35,018 nt of DNA from Rhodobacter sp. Lineage in GTDB: Bacteria; Pseudomonadota; Alphaproteobacteria; Rhodobacterales; Rhodobacteraceae. The notes under the pieces are model-generated. The model was not told the DNA's origin. It saw nothing but the letters and a program-made list of their open reading frames with translations, and did not search any database. A program made the translations under genes and the position numbers. Shown here in pieces: positions 1 through 10,330 of this stretch. How positions within the stretch are numbered: position 1 is the stretch's first letter; each line of letters begins with the position of its first letter. Location of the stretch: positions 3,004 to 38,021 of the forward strand of contig DPZQ01000102.1 in the NCBI GenBank assembly GCA_003536295.1. The letters run 5' to 3'.

Positions 1-14
1 GCGGGGCTTTTTTT
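1..14 (+). terminator. possible 3-prime half of an intrinsic terminator cut by the window edge
   Basis: GCGGGGC followed by T7 at positions 8-14. The matching 5-prime stem arm would lie outside the window, so the hairpin cannot be confirmed. Confidence 0.25.
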
Positions 15-160
15 CATGCAGGAGGGGCTTTGCGCTTTTCTCTTTTCCTTGCTAAAAATTAGGACTATAAGACATCCAACTTCCCTAAATTGAGAAGATG
101 CGAGGCCCCTCGCAGCCGATTTACCGGCCGGGAAAGAAGTGTCCGGCAAGATTAAAGGAT

Positions 161-922
161 ATGCCCATGTCAAAACCATTAATGGCCAAAGCCACCGCCG
201 TTTGGTTGGTCGATAATACGACCCTTACCTTCCGCCAAGTGGCCGATTTTTGCGGTATGCACGAACTTGAAGTGCAAGGCATTGCAGATGGCGATGTTGC
301 AACTGGCGTCAAAGGCTTTGACCCAATTGGCAATAATCAGCTTGATGCCGCCGAGCTTGAGCGTGGCCAAGCCGACCCTCTTTATAAGTTGAAATTGAAA
401 TTCAATGCAGCCGCTGTTGGCGAAGAGCAACGCCGTGGCCCGCGTTACACGCCTTTGTCAAAACGCCAAGATCGCCCTGCGGCGATTTATTGGCTGGTGA
501 AATTTCACCCTGAATTGACCGACGGTCAAATCAGCAAGTTGGTTGGCACCACTAAGCCGACGATTTTGACGATTCGTGAACGTACGCACTGGAATATTGC
601 GGGCATCACGCCTATCGACCCTGTGGCTCTGGGACTATGCCGCCAGTCTGAATTGGATGCTGCGGTGCAAGTTGCAGCGCGTAAGAAATCTGGTGACGGC
701 ATTGTCATGAACGATGATGAGCGGCGCAAATTGGTCTCAACAGAACAATCGCTTGGCATGAATACAAAAGGAAAACTGGAAGAAGAAGATACCGTTTTGG
801 CCAATTTGGCTCAATTCTCGCGCCCCGAGCCCAAAGAAATTGAAGGCGACTTCTCTGACGCGGAAAGCTTCTTCAATCTGCCTGCCGCAAGCAATGACGG
901 CGAAGAAGACGAAAGTGCATAG
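161..922 (+). CDS. trcR: DUF1013 family protein (cell-cycle transcriptional regulator TrcR-like)
   Basis: The ORF 98-922 contains the alphaproteobacterial DUF1013 signature PLMAKATAVWLVDNTTLTFRQVADFCGMHELEVQGIADG. I chose the internal ATG at 161 because AAAGGA lies directly upstream (155-160). The start is uncertain (161 or 167). Confidence 0.7.
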   Translation: MPMSKPLMAKATAVWLVDNTTLTFRQVADFCGMHELEVQGIADGDVATGVKGFDPIGNNQLDAAELERGQADPLYKLKLKFNAAAVGEEQRRGPRYTPLSKRQDRPAAIYWLVKFHPELTDGQISKLVGTTKPTILTIRERTHWNIAGITPIDPVALGLCRQSELDAAVQVAARKKSGDGIVMNDDERRKLVSTEQSLGMNTKGKLEEEDTVLANLAQFSRPEPKEIEGDFSDAESFFNLPAASNDGEEDESA

Positions 923-960
923 CCTGACCCGCTAAAAATGCCCTCTTTCTGTAGCTTAGG

Positions 961-2145
961 CTACATAACGGGGGTTTTTTTTGCCCATTTAGCAGCGGCG
1001 CGCCCTGCCCATTGGCCTGTGGACAGACAAGTGGTAAGCAAATAGCCTCCCGTGGGCGCTTCCCAATCAAGCATTTCACCGCAGGCAAATATATTCGGTA
1101 AGACTTTAAGCGACAGATCAGGCCCAAGGCTTGACCAAGCAATGCCTCCCGCGGTCGAGATGGCTTGATCAATGTGCCTGGGGCCCAGCAAAGGAATAGG
1201 CAGGTTTTTTATAAGCGCTGCAAGATCATGCGCGTTGCGGCCAAACTCCATCACCAAGGCTGCCGCGACATCCGATAGACCCAATTTGCGTAGCCGACTA
1301 GACAGGCTTTCACCCACACGCATTTTTGCTAAACGCGCCACAACCTTTGCCATAGGCACGTCAGGCTTCAGATCGATTGTTAGTTTTGTTCCGTCACGCA
1401 GGGGCGCACTTATACTATAGATGCCGCCGCCTTCGATGCCTGTCCTACTAAGCACCAGCTCACCGCGCGACAGATGCGTGCCTGCTCGCAGAGCCACGGA
1501 CTTTAGGGCTTTGCCGAAAAAGGGGGTCATATGAGCTGACCATCCCACTAAAAACCCCATGTTTGCTGGCTTAAACGGTGCGATTGTCACGCCTTGCGCT
1601 TCCAAAAGGTTTGCCCATGCTCCATCAGACCCAAGCCGCGGCCAACTGCCACCACCCAAAGCCAAAACCACAACCTTAGGGGAAATAAGCTGGTGACCCT
1701 GTGGCCCTTCAATCCGCAGTGCCGAACCCTCAAAACCCGTAAAGCGCCAGCCCCAGTGATGGTTGACCCCTAAGTCTTGCAACCGCGAAAGCCACGCCCG
1801 CAAAAGCGGTGAGGCCTTCATGGCCACTGGAAACACCCGCCCAGATGAACCTGTGAACAGCTCTTGCCCAAGACCGGAGCAAAGGTTTTGCACTTCGGCA
1901 GGCCCAAAAACCTTTATCATGGGGGCAAGAGCAGGCGTGCTAAGATGGGCTAAAAAATCTTCTGTGCTTTTTGTGTTGGTGATATTTAAGCCAGACTTGC
2001 CTGCCATCAGAAATTTGCGGGCGGGGCTTGGTTTGGTGTCTAGCAAAGTGACCTTTAGACCCGCCAGCGCTAGCTCTTGCGCTGCCATAAGCCCAGCGGG
2101 CCCCGCACCGATCACCACAGCCCTGTCGGTCATCGTTTCATCCAT
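961..2145 (-). CDS. HI0933/YhiN-like NAD(P)/FAD-dependent flavoprotein
   Basis: N-terminal dinucleotide-binding motif VVIGAGPAGLMAAQELA, then KFLMAGKSGLN, and a C-terminal GEMLDWEAPTGGY motif typical of this family. The start at 2145 is preferred because AAGGGG lies 9 nt upstream; ATG 2133 and the ORF start 2178 are alternatives. Confidence 0.75.
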   Translation of the reverse strand: MDETMTDRAVVIGAGPAGLMAAQELALAGLKVTLLDTKPSPARKFLMAGKSGLNITNTKSTEDFLAHLSTPALAPMIKVFGPAEVQNLCSGLGQELFTGSSGRVFPVAMKASPLLRAWLSRLQDLGVNHHWGWRFTGFEGSALRIEGPQGHQLISPKVVVLALGGGSWPRLGSDGAWANLLEAQGVTIAPFKPANMGFLVGWSAHMTPFFGKALKSVALRAGTHLSRGELVLSRTGIEGGGIYSISAPLRDGTKLTIDLKPDVPMAKVVARLAKMRVGESLSSRLRKLGLSDVAAALVMEFGRNAHDLAALIKNLPIPLLGPRHIDQAISTAGGIAWSSLGPDLSLKVLPNIFACGEMLDWEAPTGGYLLTTCLSTGQWAGRAAAKWAKKTPVM

Positions 2146-2221
2146 TGTTTTCAGCCCCTTGGCCTGCACACTGTTCACGGTTTTAATGGTCAGCGCCTGT
2201 CATAAGCGTTACAGTACTGCT

Positions 2222-2848
2222 ATGACACAGAATGCACCAGACTTTGAACTCGAAACAGCACTTATTGTGCAAGGTTATCGCTTTGTTGCAGGGGTAGACG
2301 AGGTGGGGCGCGGCCCCCTTGCAGGCCCCGTCACCGCCTGCGCGGTGCGCCTTGACCCAAATCATATTCCGCCCGGCCTTAATGACAGTAAAAAACTGTC
2401 CCAAACCAAACGGCTTGTGCTTTATAACGACCTACTTGCCTGTGCAGATGTAGCCGTTGCCCACGCCAGTGTAACAGAAATAGACGTCCTAAATATTTTG
2501 CGCGCGAGCCATTTGGCAATGTGCCGCGCTTTGGCTGGGCTAGGTGCGGCTGTGGATTATGTGCTGGTTGATGGCAATTTGCTCCCTCGAGAGCTGACGC
2601 TGCCTGCGCGGGCGGTGGTCAAAGGGGACGGAAAATCACTTTCCATCGCCGCCGCGTCCATCGTGGCAAAAGTGGTTCGCGATCAACTCATGGTGGATTT
2701 AGAGGAACAATTTCCCGGCTACGGATGGGCAAAAAATGCAGGATATCCCACAAAAGCCCATTTTGAGGGTCTTCAGAATCTAGGGGTAACCCCACATCAT
2801 AGACGTTCTTTCAAACCCATACACAATATATTGTATCAAGAAAATTAA
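2222..2848 (+). CDS. rnhB: ribonuclease HII
   Basis: GVDEVGRGPLAGPV active-site motif, DSKKL, and the IAAASIVAKV motif. ORF 1763-2848 is trimmed to the ATG at 2222 because the upstream part runs antisense through the flavoprotein gene. Confidence 0.9.
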   Translation: MTQNAPDFELETALIVQGYRFVAGVDEVGRGPLAGPVTACAVRLDPNHIPPGLNDSKKLSQTKRLVLYNDLLACADVAVAHASVTEIDVLNILRASHLAMCRALAGLGAAVDYVLVDGNLLPRELTLPARAVVKGDGKSLSIAAASIVAKVVRDQLMVDLEEQFPGYGWAKNAGYPTKAHFEGLQNLGVTPHHRRSFKPIHNILYQEN

Positions 2849-2858
2849 ATAACCTCTT

Positions 2859-2896
2859 GATTCAAAAAGAAATTGACCTCGAATCGCTAATGAATC
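2859..2896. promoter_or_regulatory. cluster of three GANTC (CcrM) methylation sites in the ccrM upstream region
   Basis: GATTC at 2859-2863, GAATC at 2881-2885 and GAATC at 2892-2896. All lie within 38 bp and 51-88 bp upstream of the ccrM ATG. Confidence 0.6.
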
Positions 2897-2934
2897 ATTG
2901 TAGGCATAAGAAACGGCAAAAAATGTCGGCGTAA

Positions 2935-4068
<1,134 letters not shown>

Positions 4069-4082
4069 TGAACTTTACAAAT

Positions 4083-4106
4083 GGTGGCCCTGATCACAGG
4101 GCCACC
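4083..4106 (+). terminator. stem-loop immediately downstream of ccrM
   Basis: A perfect 10-bp stem, GGTGGCCCTG (4083-4092) with CAGGGCCACC (4097-4106), and a 4-nt loop, 15 nt after the ccrM stop. No clean T-tract follows, so terminator function is inferred only. Confidence 0.5.
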
Positions 4107-4471
4107 AACCGAAAGTATTTTAGTAACATGGCCTCGACCCGCCTGTTACTCACACGTAGCCATAGCGATTGGATAAGCGCAATTTCAGCTATGAAAGTAT
4201 AACTATAGGTTAGCTGTGGCGCGGAAGTTTTTGGGAGAATTTGAACTAGTGTATATAAGCATAGCCTATCAGGCGTTGCCTGGTGGTCTGAGTGGTATTA
4301 TAACTGCGGTAGGCCCGTGCGGGCTCCAACTTGCCTTGCCCCAATGCACTCCGTTTCATACGATATTACTCAATATAATTTGCAAGTTTCAACCAAAAAA
4401 TCTTGTATTGTGCTCGAAGCTCCAAGATTAAAAGTGCGCCTAAAGCGTGCGGCGAAACACATCAAAAACCT

Positions 4472-5521
4472 TTAAACCAATATAGCCAGATCATAGGCTT
4501 TGCGCATAAGGGTAGGCAAGTCATCGGGCTGAAACAGATTATGTGCCACAAAGGCCCCTCGTTTTGGGTCAGCTTGTCCAACTTGAGCCGTTAAAACCTC
4601 CATATCGGCGTGAAAGTGGGTGAAAGTATGGCGGAAGACCCCTGCCTTTTGCCAATTAGTCTCAAAAGGGGGGGGGGCTTTTACATTGTCCCAATCTGAG
4701 CCTGGCCAGCCCAGCATACCACCCAACAACCCTTTTGGGCGGCGCTCTTCTAAAAGCCAGGCCCCATCTTTGCGCCGCGCGACCCAAAGGCTGCCTGTAC
4801 GCGTTGGTTTGGGCGCTCGAACCAATTTTTTGGGCAGATCAGCTGCGATACCTTGTGCCCTTGCGTCACAAAGCACGGCCAAAGGGCAAATCCCGCAGCT
4901 GGGTGTGCGCGGTTTACATACTGTGGCCCCCAAATCCATCAATGCTTGGGCATAATCGCCTGCACGCGCTTGCGGTGTTTGGCTTTCTGCCAATGCAAAA
5001 AGGTGTGGCTTGGCGGTAGGTAGGGGCTCTGTTACTGCAAAAAGGCGTGCCATGACGCGCTCGACATTGCCGTCAAGCACGGTTTCGGGTAGGTTAAATG
5101 CGATAGCGCTAATGGCGGCGGCAGTATAGGGTCCAATGCCGGGCAAGGTCAAAAGTGCTGCATGATTTGCGGGGAACTGGCCGCCATAAAATTGGGTGAC
5201 GGCGCGCGCACAGGCCAATAGATTGCGCGCGCGCGCATAATAGCCGAGGCCCGCCCATTCGGCCATGACTTCGGCGTCTTGGGCTCGTGCTAAGTCTTGT
5301 ACCAAAGGCCAGCGCTGGGTAAAGCGGGTGAAGTAGGCCTTAACCATGGCAACGGTTGTTTGTTGCAACATCACCTCTGAAAGCCAGATCTGATAAGGAT
5401 CAGGCCGCACCCCAGCCGCGCACTCTGAGGGGCTCACGCGCCAAGGCATGATCCGAGCGTTTGCGTCGTACCAAGCCAAAATCGGTTGACTTATGTACTT
5501 TGGAGCGAATTGCACACGCAA
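4472..5521 (-). CDS. mutY: A/G-specific adenine DNA glycosylase MutY
   Basis: HhH-GPD region (LPGIGPYTAAAI), Fe-S cluster loop CKPRTPSCGICPLAVLC, and a C-terminal NUDIX-like domain. Confidence 0.9.
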   Translation of the reverse strand: MRVQFAPKYISQPILAWYDANARIMPWRVSPSECAAGVRPDPYQIWLSEVMLQQTTVAMVKAYFTRFTQRWPLVQDLARAQDAEVMAEWAGLGYYARARNLLACARAVTQFYGGQFPANHAALLTLPGIGPYTAAAISAIAFNLPETVLDGNVERVMARLFAVTEPLPTAKPHLFALAESQTPQARAGDYAQALMDLGATVCKPRTPSCGICPLAVLCDARAQGIAADLPKKLVRAPKPTRTGSLWVARRKDGAWLLEERRPKGLLGGMLGWPGSDWDNVKAPPPFETNWQKAGVFRHTFTHFHADMEVLTAQVGQADPKRGAFVAHNLFQPDDLPTLMRKAYDLAILV

Positions 5522-5611
5522 TATTTATCTTTCCCATAAAATTTCGCGTTTTGGTACTGGCCCATGGAGCACCCGTACGGTTACAGTAGCCTGATTGAGA
5601 GCAGAGACCAG

Positions 5612-6145
5612 ATGGCAAAAGCATCAAAAGTATCCCCGCAACCTAAAACCCGTCGAATGCGTGGGTTTGAACCAGCCTTTGGCTTGATGCAGCGCGATGT
5701 TCGCACCGTTTCGGAAACGCGCGGCTTTGCCGTTACAAGGCTCTTGACCCATTGGGCCGAAATTGTGGGAGCGGATTTGGCCGCCATAACAAAACCTTTA
5801 AAGGTTGGTTATAACCGTGAAGGGATGGGAGCTACGCTTACGCTTTTAACTCGCGCCGCTACGGCGCCCCAAGTACAAATGCAACTGCCAATTTTGCAGG
5901 AAAAGGTGAATGCAGTTTATGGCTATAAGGCCATCGCCCGCATCACCCTAACCCAAACGGCTCCAACAGGCTTTTCTGAAGGGCAGGTCGAATTCACCGT
6001 CGCCCCCACAGCTAAAGTGCCCCCCCCCGATCCTGTTATACTGGCCCAAGCGATCCACGTGACACAGGGGGTGCAAAACGATAAACTGCGGTCAGCTCTT
6101 GAAGAGATGGCTAAAAATATCTTAAGTCGAACAAAGAAATTATGA
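5612..6145 (+). CDS. DUF721 domain protein (DciA-like)
   Basis: The pattern LLTHWAEIVGADLAAITKPLKV...LTLLT matches the DUF721 family, and divergent placement next to mutY is common in alphaproteobacteria. The start is set at ATG 5612 (MAKASK); the ORF opens at 5564. Confidence 0.65.
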   Translation: MAKASKVSPQPKTRRMRGFEPAFGLMQRDVRTVSETRGFAVTRLLTHWAEIVGADLAAITKPLKVGYNREGMGATLTLLTRAATAPQVQMQLPILQEKVNAVYGYKAIARITLTQTAPTGFSEGQVEFTVAPTAKVPPPDPVILAQAIHVTQGVQNDKLRSALEEMAKNILSRTKKL

Positions 6146-6153
6146 GGTTTCGA

Positions 6154-6843
6154 ATGTCTAAGAAATATATTCTTGCCGCTTTAGTGCTGGCTGCTGCGGT
6201 GGGGTTAGGCTTGAATAGCTTGCGCTTGAATGAAAACCAATCTGGCATGGCGTCAGAGCTGGCCCAAACAGCCACCGCGCAAACGTCCGTGGCCCCCGAT
6301 GCGCCAAGTGTGACCACCACGCTGGCCGAGCTGACCTTGGGCAATCCCGGAGCACGAGTGACGATTAAAGAATATGCGTCACTCACCTGCCCCCACTGTG
6401 CAGCTTTTCACAAAGACGTCTTCAAACCGTTGAAAGCCGAATATATCGACAGTGGAAAAGTGCAATTCATCATGCGCGAGGTGTACTTTGACCGCAATGG
6501 TCTTTGGGCATCGATGATGGCGCGCTGCGCTGGGCCTGATCGTTACTTTGGCCTGTCGGCGCTGTTGTTTGAAAGTCAAAAAGAATGGGCCCATCTAGAA
6601 GATCCATTGGCCGTAACAGATCTGCTTAAGAAAAAGGGGCGTCTCGCCGGTATGAATGACGCACAAATTGATAGTTGCATGGCTGATAACGACATGGCGA
6701 AAGTAATGGTCGAAGCCTATCGCACCAATTCCGAAACCGACGGTGTGCAAAGTACGCCTACTATTTTCGTCAATGGCAAAAAATACGGTAATATGGCCTA
6801 TGATGAGCTTAAGGTTATTTTAGAAACAGAATTGGCAAAATAA
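6154..6843 (+). CDS. DsbA-family thiol:disulfide oxidoreductase (exported)
   Basis: N-terminal hydrophobic signal or anchor (KKYILAALVLAAAVGL) and a thioredoxin-fold CPHC active site. GAGG lies 6 nt upstream of the ATG at 6154. Confidence 0.8.
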   Translation: MSKKYILAALVLAAAVGLGLNSLRLNENQSGMASELAQTATAQTSVAPDAPSVTTTLAELTLGNPGARVTIKEYASLTCPHCAAFHKDVFKPLKAEYIDSGKVQFIMREVYFDRNGLWASMMARCAGPDRYFGLSALLFESQKEWAHLEDPLAVTDLLKKKGRLAGMNDAQIDSCMADNDMAKVMVEAYRTNSETDGVQSTPTIFVNGKKYGNMAYDELKVILETELAK

Positions 6844-8000
6844 TGACCATGTCTTTGCCCTTGGCTGGCCTAAAGGTCGTTGAGTTGGCACGCATTCTTG
6901 CAGGGCCTTGGGCAGGACAAACCTTGGCTGATTTGGGGGCCGAGGTAATTAAGGTCGAATCCCCCCAAGGCGATGACACGAGACAATGGGGCCCCCCCTT
7001 CATTGCTCAGCAAGACACTCACTCCGCCGCCTATTTTCATGCGACCAATAGGGGCAAAAAGTCGGTGGTGATTGATTTTAGCCAAGCCGAAGGTCAGGCT
7101 CAATTGCGTACCATGCTGGCTGATGCCGATGTGTTGATTGAAAACTTCAAAGTCGGAGGCCTGGCTAAATATGGTCTTGATTATGCCAGCTTGGCACAAG
7201 CCTTCCCTAAGCTAATCTATTGTTCCATTACGGGTTTTGGTCAAACTGGTCCTTATGCGCACCGAGCAGGCTATGATTTTGTCATTCAAGGCATGGCTGG
7301 ACTGATGAGCATCACAGGCGCGCCTGACGGGCAACCCCAAAAAGTTGGGGTTGCCGTGACAGACATTTTAACAGGCGTTTATGCCAGCACGGCAATTTTG
7401 GCCGCGGTGGTGCAGCGCGGGTTGACGGGACACGGACAACAGATTGATATGGCTTTGATGGATGTCTGTGTGGGGGTCTTGGCTAATCAGGCGATGAATT
7501 ATTTGGCTACGGGTACAGCGCCTACAAAAATGGGCAATGCCCACCCCAATTTGGCTCCTTATGCGGTTTTTGATTGCGCTGATGGTTGGATCATCATTGC
7601 TTCGGGAAATAATGTGCAGTTCCAGCGCCTTTGCGCGCTTTTGGGCCGCCCAGAATTGGGTCAAGGCGCGGCCTATCTGACCAATGCCGATCGAGTTAAG
7701 AATCGCGATGATTTGACCCGTGATCTGACAGCTTTAACGGTTCAAATCTCAAAGGCTGAGCTCTTGGCTGCGTGTGAAGCGGCAGGGGTTCCGGCAGGTC
7801 CAATCAATGCGATTGATGAGGTTTTCGCTGACCCTCAGGTCATCCACCGCAAAATGCACATCAACCCAGACGGCATGCCAGGCGTGCGCACACCGATCAG
7901 CTTTATGGGCTTGCCAACGATCGTCGGTAAAAGCGCGCCATTATTGGGAGCAGATCAGGCGCTACTATCAGCACCGATCGCGCAAAAAAATGACCTATAG
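6843..8000 (+). CDS. family III CoA-transferase (CaiB/BaiF family)
   Basis: The N-terminal pattern LAGLKVVELARILAGPWAGQTLADLGAEVIKVESPQGDDTR is the hallmark of this family. The start overlaps the dsbA-like stop (TAATG). Confidence 0.85.
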   Translation: MTMSLPLAGLKVVELARILAGPWAGQTLADLGAEVIKVESPQGDDTRQWGPPFIAQQDTHSAAYFHATNRGKKSVVIDFSQAEGQAQLRTMLADADVLIENFKVGGLAKYGLDYASLAQAFPKLIYCSITGFGQTGPYAHRAGYDFVIQGMAGLMSITGAPDGQPQKVGVAVTDILTGVYASTAILAAVVQRGLTGHGQQIDMALMDVCVGVLANQAMNYLATGTAPTKMGNAHPNLAPYAVFDCADGWIIIASGNNVQFQRLCALLGRPELGQGAAYLTNADRVKNRDDLTRDLTALTVQISKAELLAACEAAGVPAGPINAIDEVFADPQVIHRKMHINPDGMPGVRTPISFMGLPTIVGKSAPLLGADQALLSAPIAQKNDL

Positions 8001-9204
8001 GTTTGGGCTACGTCTTTTAAACCTGCTGACCCCATCACCCGCACCCCAAGCGGGCCCCATACCCTTTATCCCTCGCCCCAGCGGCAAATTGATTTTGCTG
8101 AATGTTTCAGACCCTGTTGCCATGCAAAGTCTTTTAGCTTTGGTGCCGCGTTTGATCGAAGAACTAGGGGCTTCGGTCCTGATCACCTCGCAAAGCGCAG
8201 GGCCTTTTTCGTGTTCCGATATAGCCTTGATCGAGGCCATTTTTGTTCCAGGGCCCCGCGATTCGCCCTTGGAGGTGGTAGCTTTTCTGGATCATTTCCA
8301 TCCTGACGCTATTTTGAATATCGGCGACCAACTGCCCCCCATATTGATAGACACTGCAGCCAATCGCACCATTCCGCTTTTCCTCCTTGAGGCAAAGGCT
8401 CCGCGTTTGCTGAATTCGGGGTTTGACTGGTGGCCAGGCTTGATGCGGGGACTTTTGGCGCGGTTTCGCACCATAGTGGCGTTGGATGGTGGTGCCCTTT
8501 TAAGTATACGCCAAGCGGGAGGTCGTGGGGATTCGGTGCAAGCCCTAGGCCGAATGGAAGAGGCGAGTCCGATCTTGCCATATGATGAAAAAAGGCGCCA
8601 AAATCTCGCTAAAATTTTGAATACCCGCCCGATTTGGTTGGCTGCTGACATAGAGAGTAGCGAAGAGGCAGCAGTGATCAGCGCCCATGCAAATGCCCTA
8701 TCTGTGGCGCACCGATTGCTTTTGATCATCGTGCCGCGCGAGGCTGCTCGCGTACCAGCGCTTGAGGCGCTGATACTAAGTCAAAAAAATTGGGGCGTCG
8801 GACTTGAGGCGCGTAATGAGTTACCCAACCAAGAAATTGAAGTTTTGATCGCAGGCCCCGAAGCTTATGGACTTTGGTACCGGCTATCACCCATCACTTT
8901 TTTGGGGGGCAGTCTTTATGGTGAGGGGTGTGCTCGAAACCCCTTTGAGGCGGCGGCCATGGGTTCAGCGCTGATGCACGGGCCAAGGCCAGGTGCCTTT
9001 GGCACCTATCTAGGCCGATTGGGAGCCGCGCGCGCCGCAGTAGCGGTCAGCACAGGCCAAGATTTGCACGAAGCTTTGACTGATCTCTTGTCGCCTGACC
9101 GCGCGGCCCTGCACGCCCAAGCTGCGTGGGCTGTTGCCTCGAACGGCGTTGACGTAACTGACCAAGTGGTTGAAATGGTACGCAGCGCTATAGGAGAGGC
9201 CTGA
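7990..9204 (+). CDS. waaA: 3-deoxy-D-manno-octulosonic acid (Kdo) transferase
   Basis: C-terminal FLGGSL...NPFEAAAMGSALMHGP motif and conserved synteny directly upstream of lpxK. ORF 7774-9204 is trimmed to the ATG at 7990 (MTYRF) because the upstream part overlaps the CoA-transferase in another frame. The N-terminal region is divergent. Confidence 0.75.
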   Translation: MTYRFGLRLLNLLTPSPAPQAGPIPFIPRPSGKLILLNVSDPVAMQSLLALVPRLIEELGASVLITSQSAGPFSCSDIALIEAIFVPGPRDSPLEVVAFLDHFHPDAILNIGDQLPPILIDTAANRTIPLFLLEAKAPRLLNSGFDWWPGLMRGLLARFRTIVALDGGALLSIRQAGGRGDSVQALGRMEEASPILPYDEKRRQNLAKILNTRPIWLAADIESSEEAAVISAHANALSVAHRLLLIIVPREAARVPALEALILSQKNWGVGLEARNELPNQEIEVLIAGPEAYGLWYRLSPITFLGGSLYGEGCARNPFEAAAMGSALMHGPRPGAFGTYLGRLGAARAAVAVSTGQDLHEALTDLLSPDRAALHAQAAWAVASNGVDVTDQVVEMVRSAIGEA

Positions 9205-10166
9205 TGCAAGCCCCTAAGTTTTGGTATCAAAAAGCAGCTCTTGCGGCATGGGCCTTGTCACCCTTGGGGTGGATCTATGGTTGCACCACCGCGGCACGGG
9301 TGAAAAAGCGGGGCCTGCACGCCCAAGTGCCGGTGATTTGTGTTGGTAATCTAAATATCGGCGGCACGGGCAAAACCCCATTTGTTTCCGACCTTGCGCA
9401 AAGATTGTTGGGGGCACAGATCGTCTCGCGCGGATATGGGGGTCGCGTAACAGGACCTGTTCTGGTTGATTTGACGCGTCATACGGCTGCGGATGTTGGT
9501 GATGAGCCTTTGCTTTTGGCAGCATTTGCACCCACATGGGTGGCCAAAAACCGTGCCGCAGCCGTCGAAGCGGCCCAAGCGAGTGGAGCGCGAGTGATTC
9601 TTATGGATGATGGGTTTCAAAATGCGACCGTCTCAAAAGACCTGTCCATTTTGGTGGTGGATGCCAAACGTGGCTTTGGAAATGGATTCTGTTTGCCAGC
9701 GGGCCCTTTGCGCGAACCTATCAGTGCAGGGTTAAAACGCGCTGATCTTTTGGTGCTGATAGGCACCCCTCTTGACGGGGCGACGTTCTTGCAGCGCTAT
9801 GAAATCACGATCCCTTATGTGCAAGCCAACTTGCAACCCTTAGCTACTGGCATGACATGGCAGGGCGCACGTGTGATGGCCTTTGCGGGCATTGGTCACC
9901 CTGAAAAATTTTTTACCAGCCTCAGGGATGTGGGTGCAAATATTATAGATAGCCAGGCGCTTGATGACCATCAGCCTCTGACCGAAAGCCTAATGGTGCG
10001 GCTTTCTGCGCGTGCCAAAGCGGCTTCTGCGCAGCTCGTGACTACGGAAAAAGACGCAGTCCGTTTGCCAAAATCATGGCAAGGCCAAGTGTTAACTTTA
10101 CCCGTTCGTTTGCAGTTTTTGGACGAAGAACCCCTTTCAAAAGTGCTGCAGCGGCTATCCCTCTAA
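9204..10166 (+). CDS. lpxK: tetraacyldisaccharide 4-prime-kinase
   Basis: P-loop VICVGNLNIGGTGKTP, the SRGYGG motif and DEPLLL. The start overlaps the waaA stop (TGATG). Confidence 0.9.
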   Translation: MQAPKFWYQKAALAAWALSPLGWIYGCTTAARVKKRGLHAQVPVICVGNLNIGGTGKTPFVSDLAQRLLGAQIVSRGYGGRVTGPVLVDLTRHTAADVGDEPLLLAAFAPTWVAKNRAAAVEAAQASGARVILMDDGFQNATVSKDLSILVVDAKRGFGNGFCLPAGPLREPISAGLKRADLLVLIGTPLDGATFLQRYEITIPYVQANLQPLATGMTWQGARVMAFAGIGHPEKFFTSLRDVGANIIDSQALDDHQPLTESLMVRLSARAKAASAQLVTTEKDAVRLPKSWQGQVLTLPVRLQFLDEEPLSKVLQRLSL

Positions 10167-10330
10167 GGGTTTTTGCGCTGGGAGCTATACATTCCGATTG
10201 AAACAGTCTAGAAGCCGGCTCACGGCCCGAGGATTCCGGGGCAAACGGCAGGGAGGCTGTTTTGCGATTGGGGAATAGGTGCCGTTTTTTAGGCACCATG
10301 GGCATTAAACCGCCCCGATCAGGAAAAAAT

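Noticed and set aside
1763-2221. The long N-terminal part of ORF 1763-2848, upstream of the RNase HII domain.
   Set aside because: It runs antisense through the flavoprotein gene and has no RNase HII similarity. The RNase HII homology begins right after the internal ATG at 2222. I treat it as a shadow extension.
4270-4345. A tRNA-like or tmRNA-like appearance (GAGTGGTA and a GC hairpin).
   Set aside because: I found no GTTCRANNC T-loop, no acceptor-stem pairing and no CCA context.
4216-4594. ORFs 4216-4431 (+) and 4403-4594 (+) as possible small protein genes.
   Set aside because: The first opens at a GTG with no RBS and has an odd composition. The second runs antisense into the 3-prime end of mutY. 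Neither has a recognisable motif.
7774-7989. The 72-codon N-terminal extension of the waaA ORF.
   Set aside because: It overlaps the 3-prime end of the CoA-transferase gene in another frame and is Arg/Cys/Ser/Thr/Gln-rich with low complexity. ATG 7990 gives a normal Kdo-transferase length.
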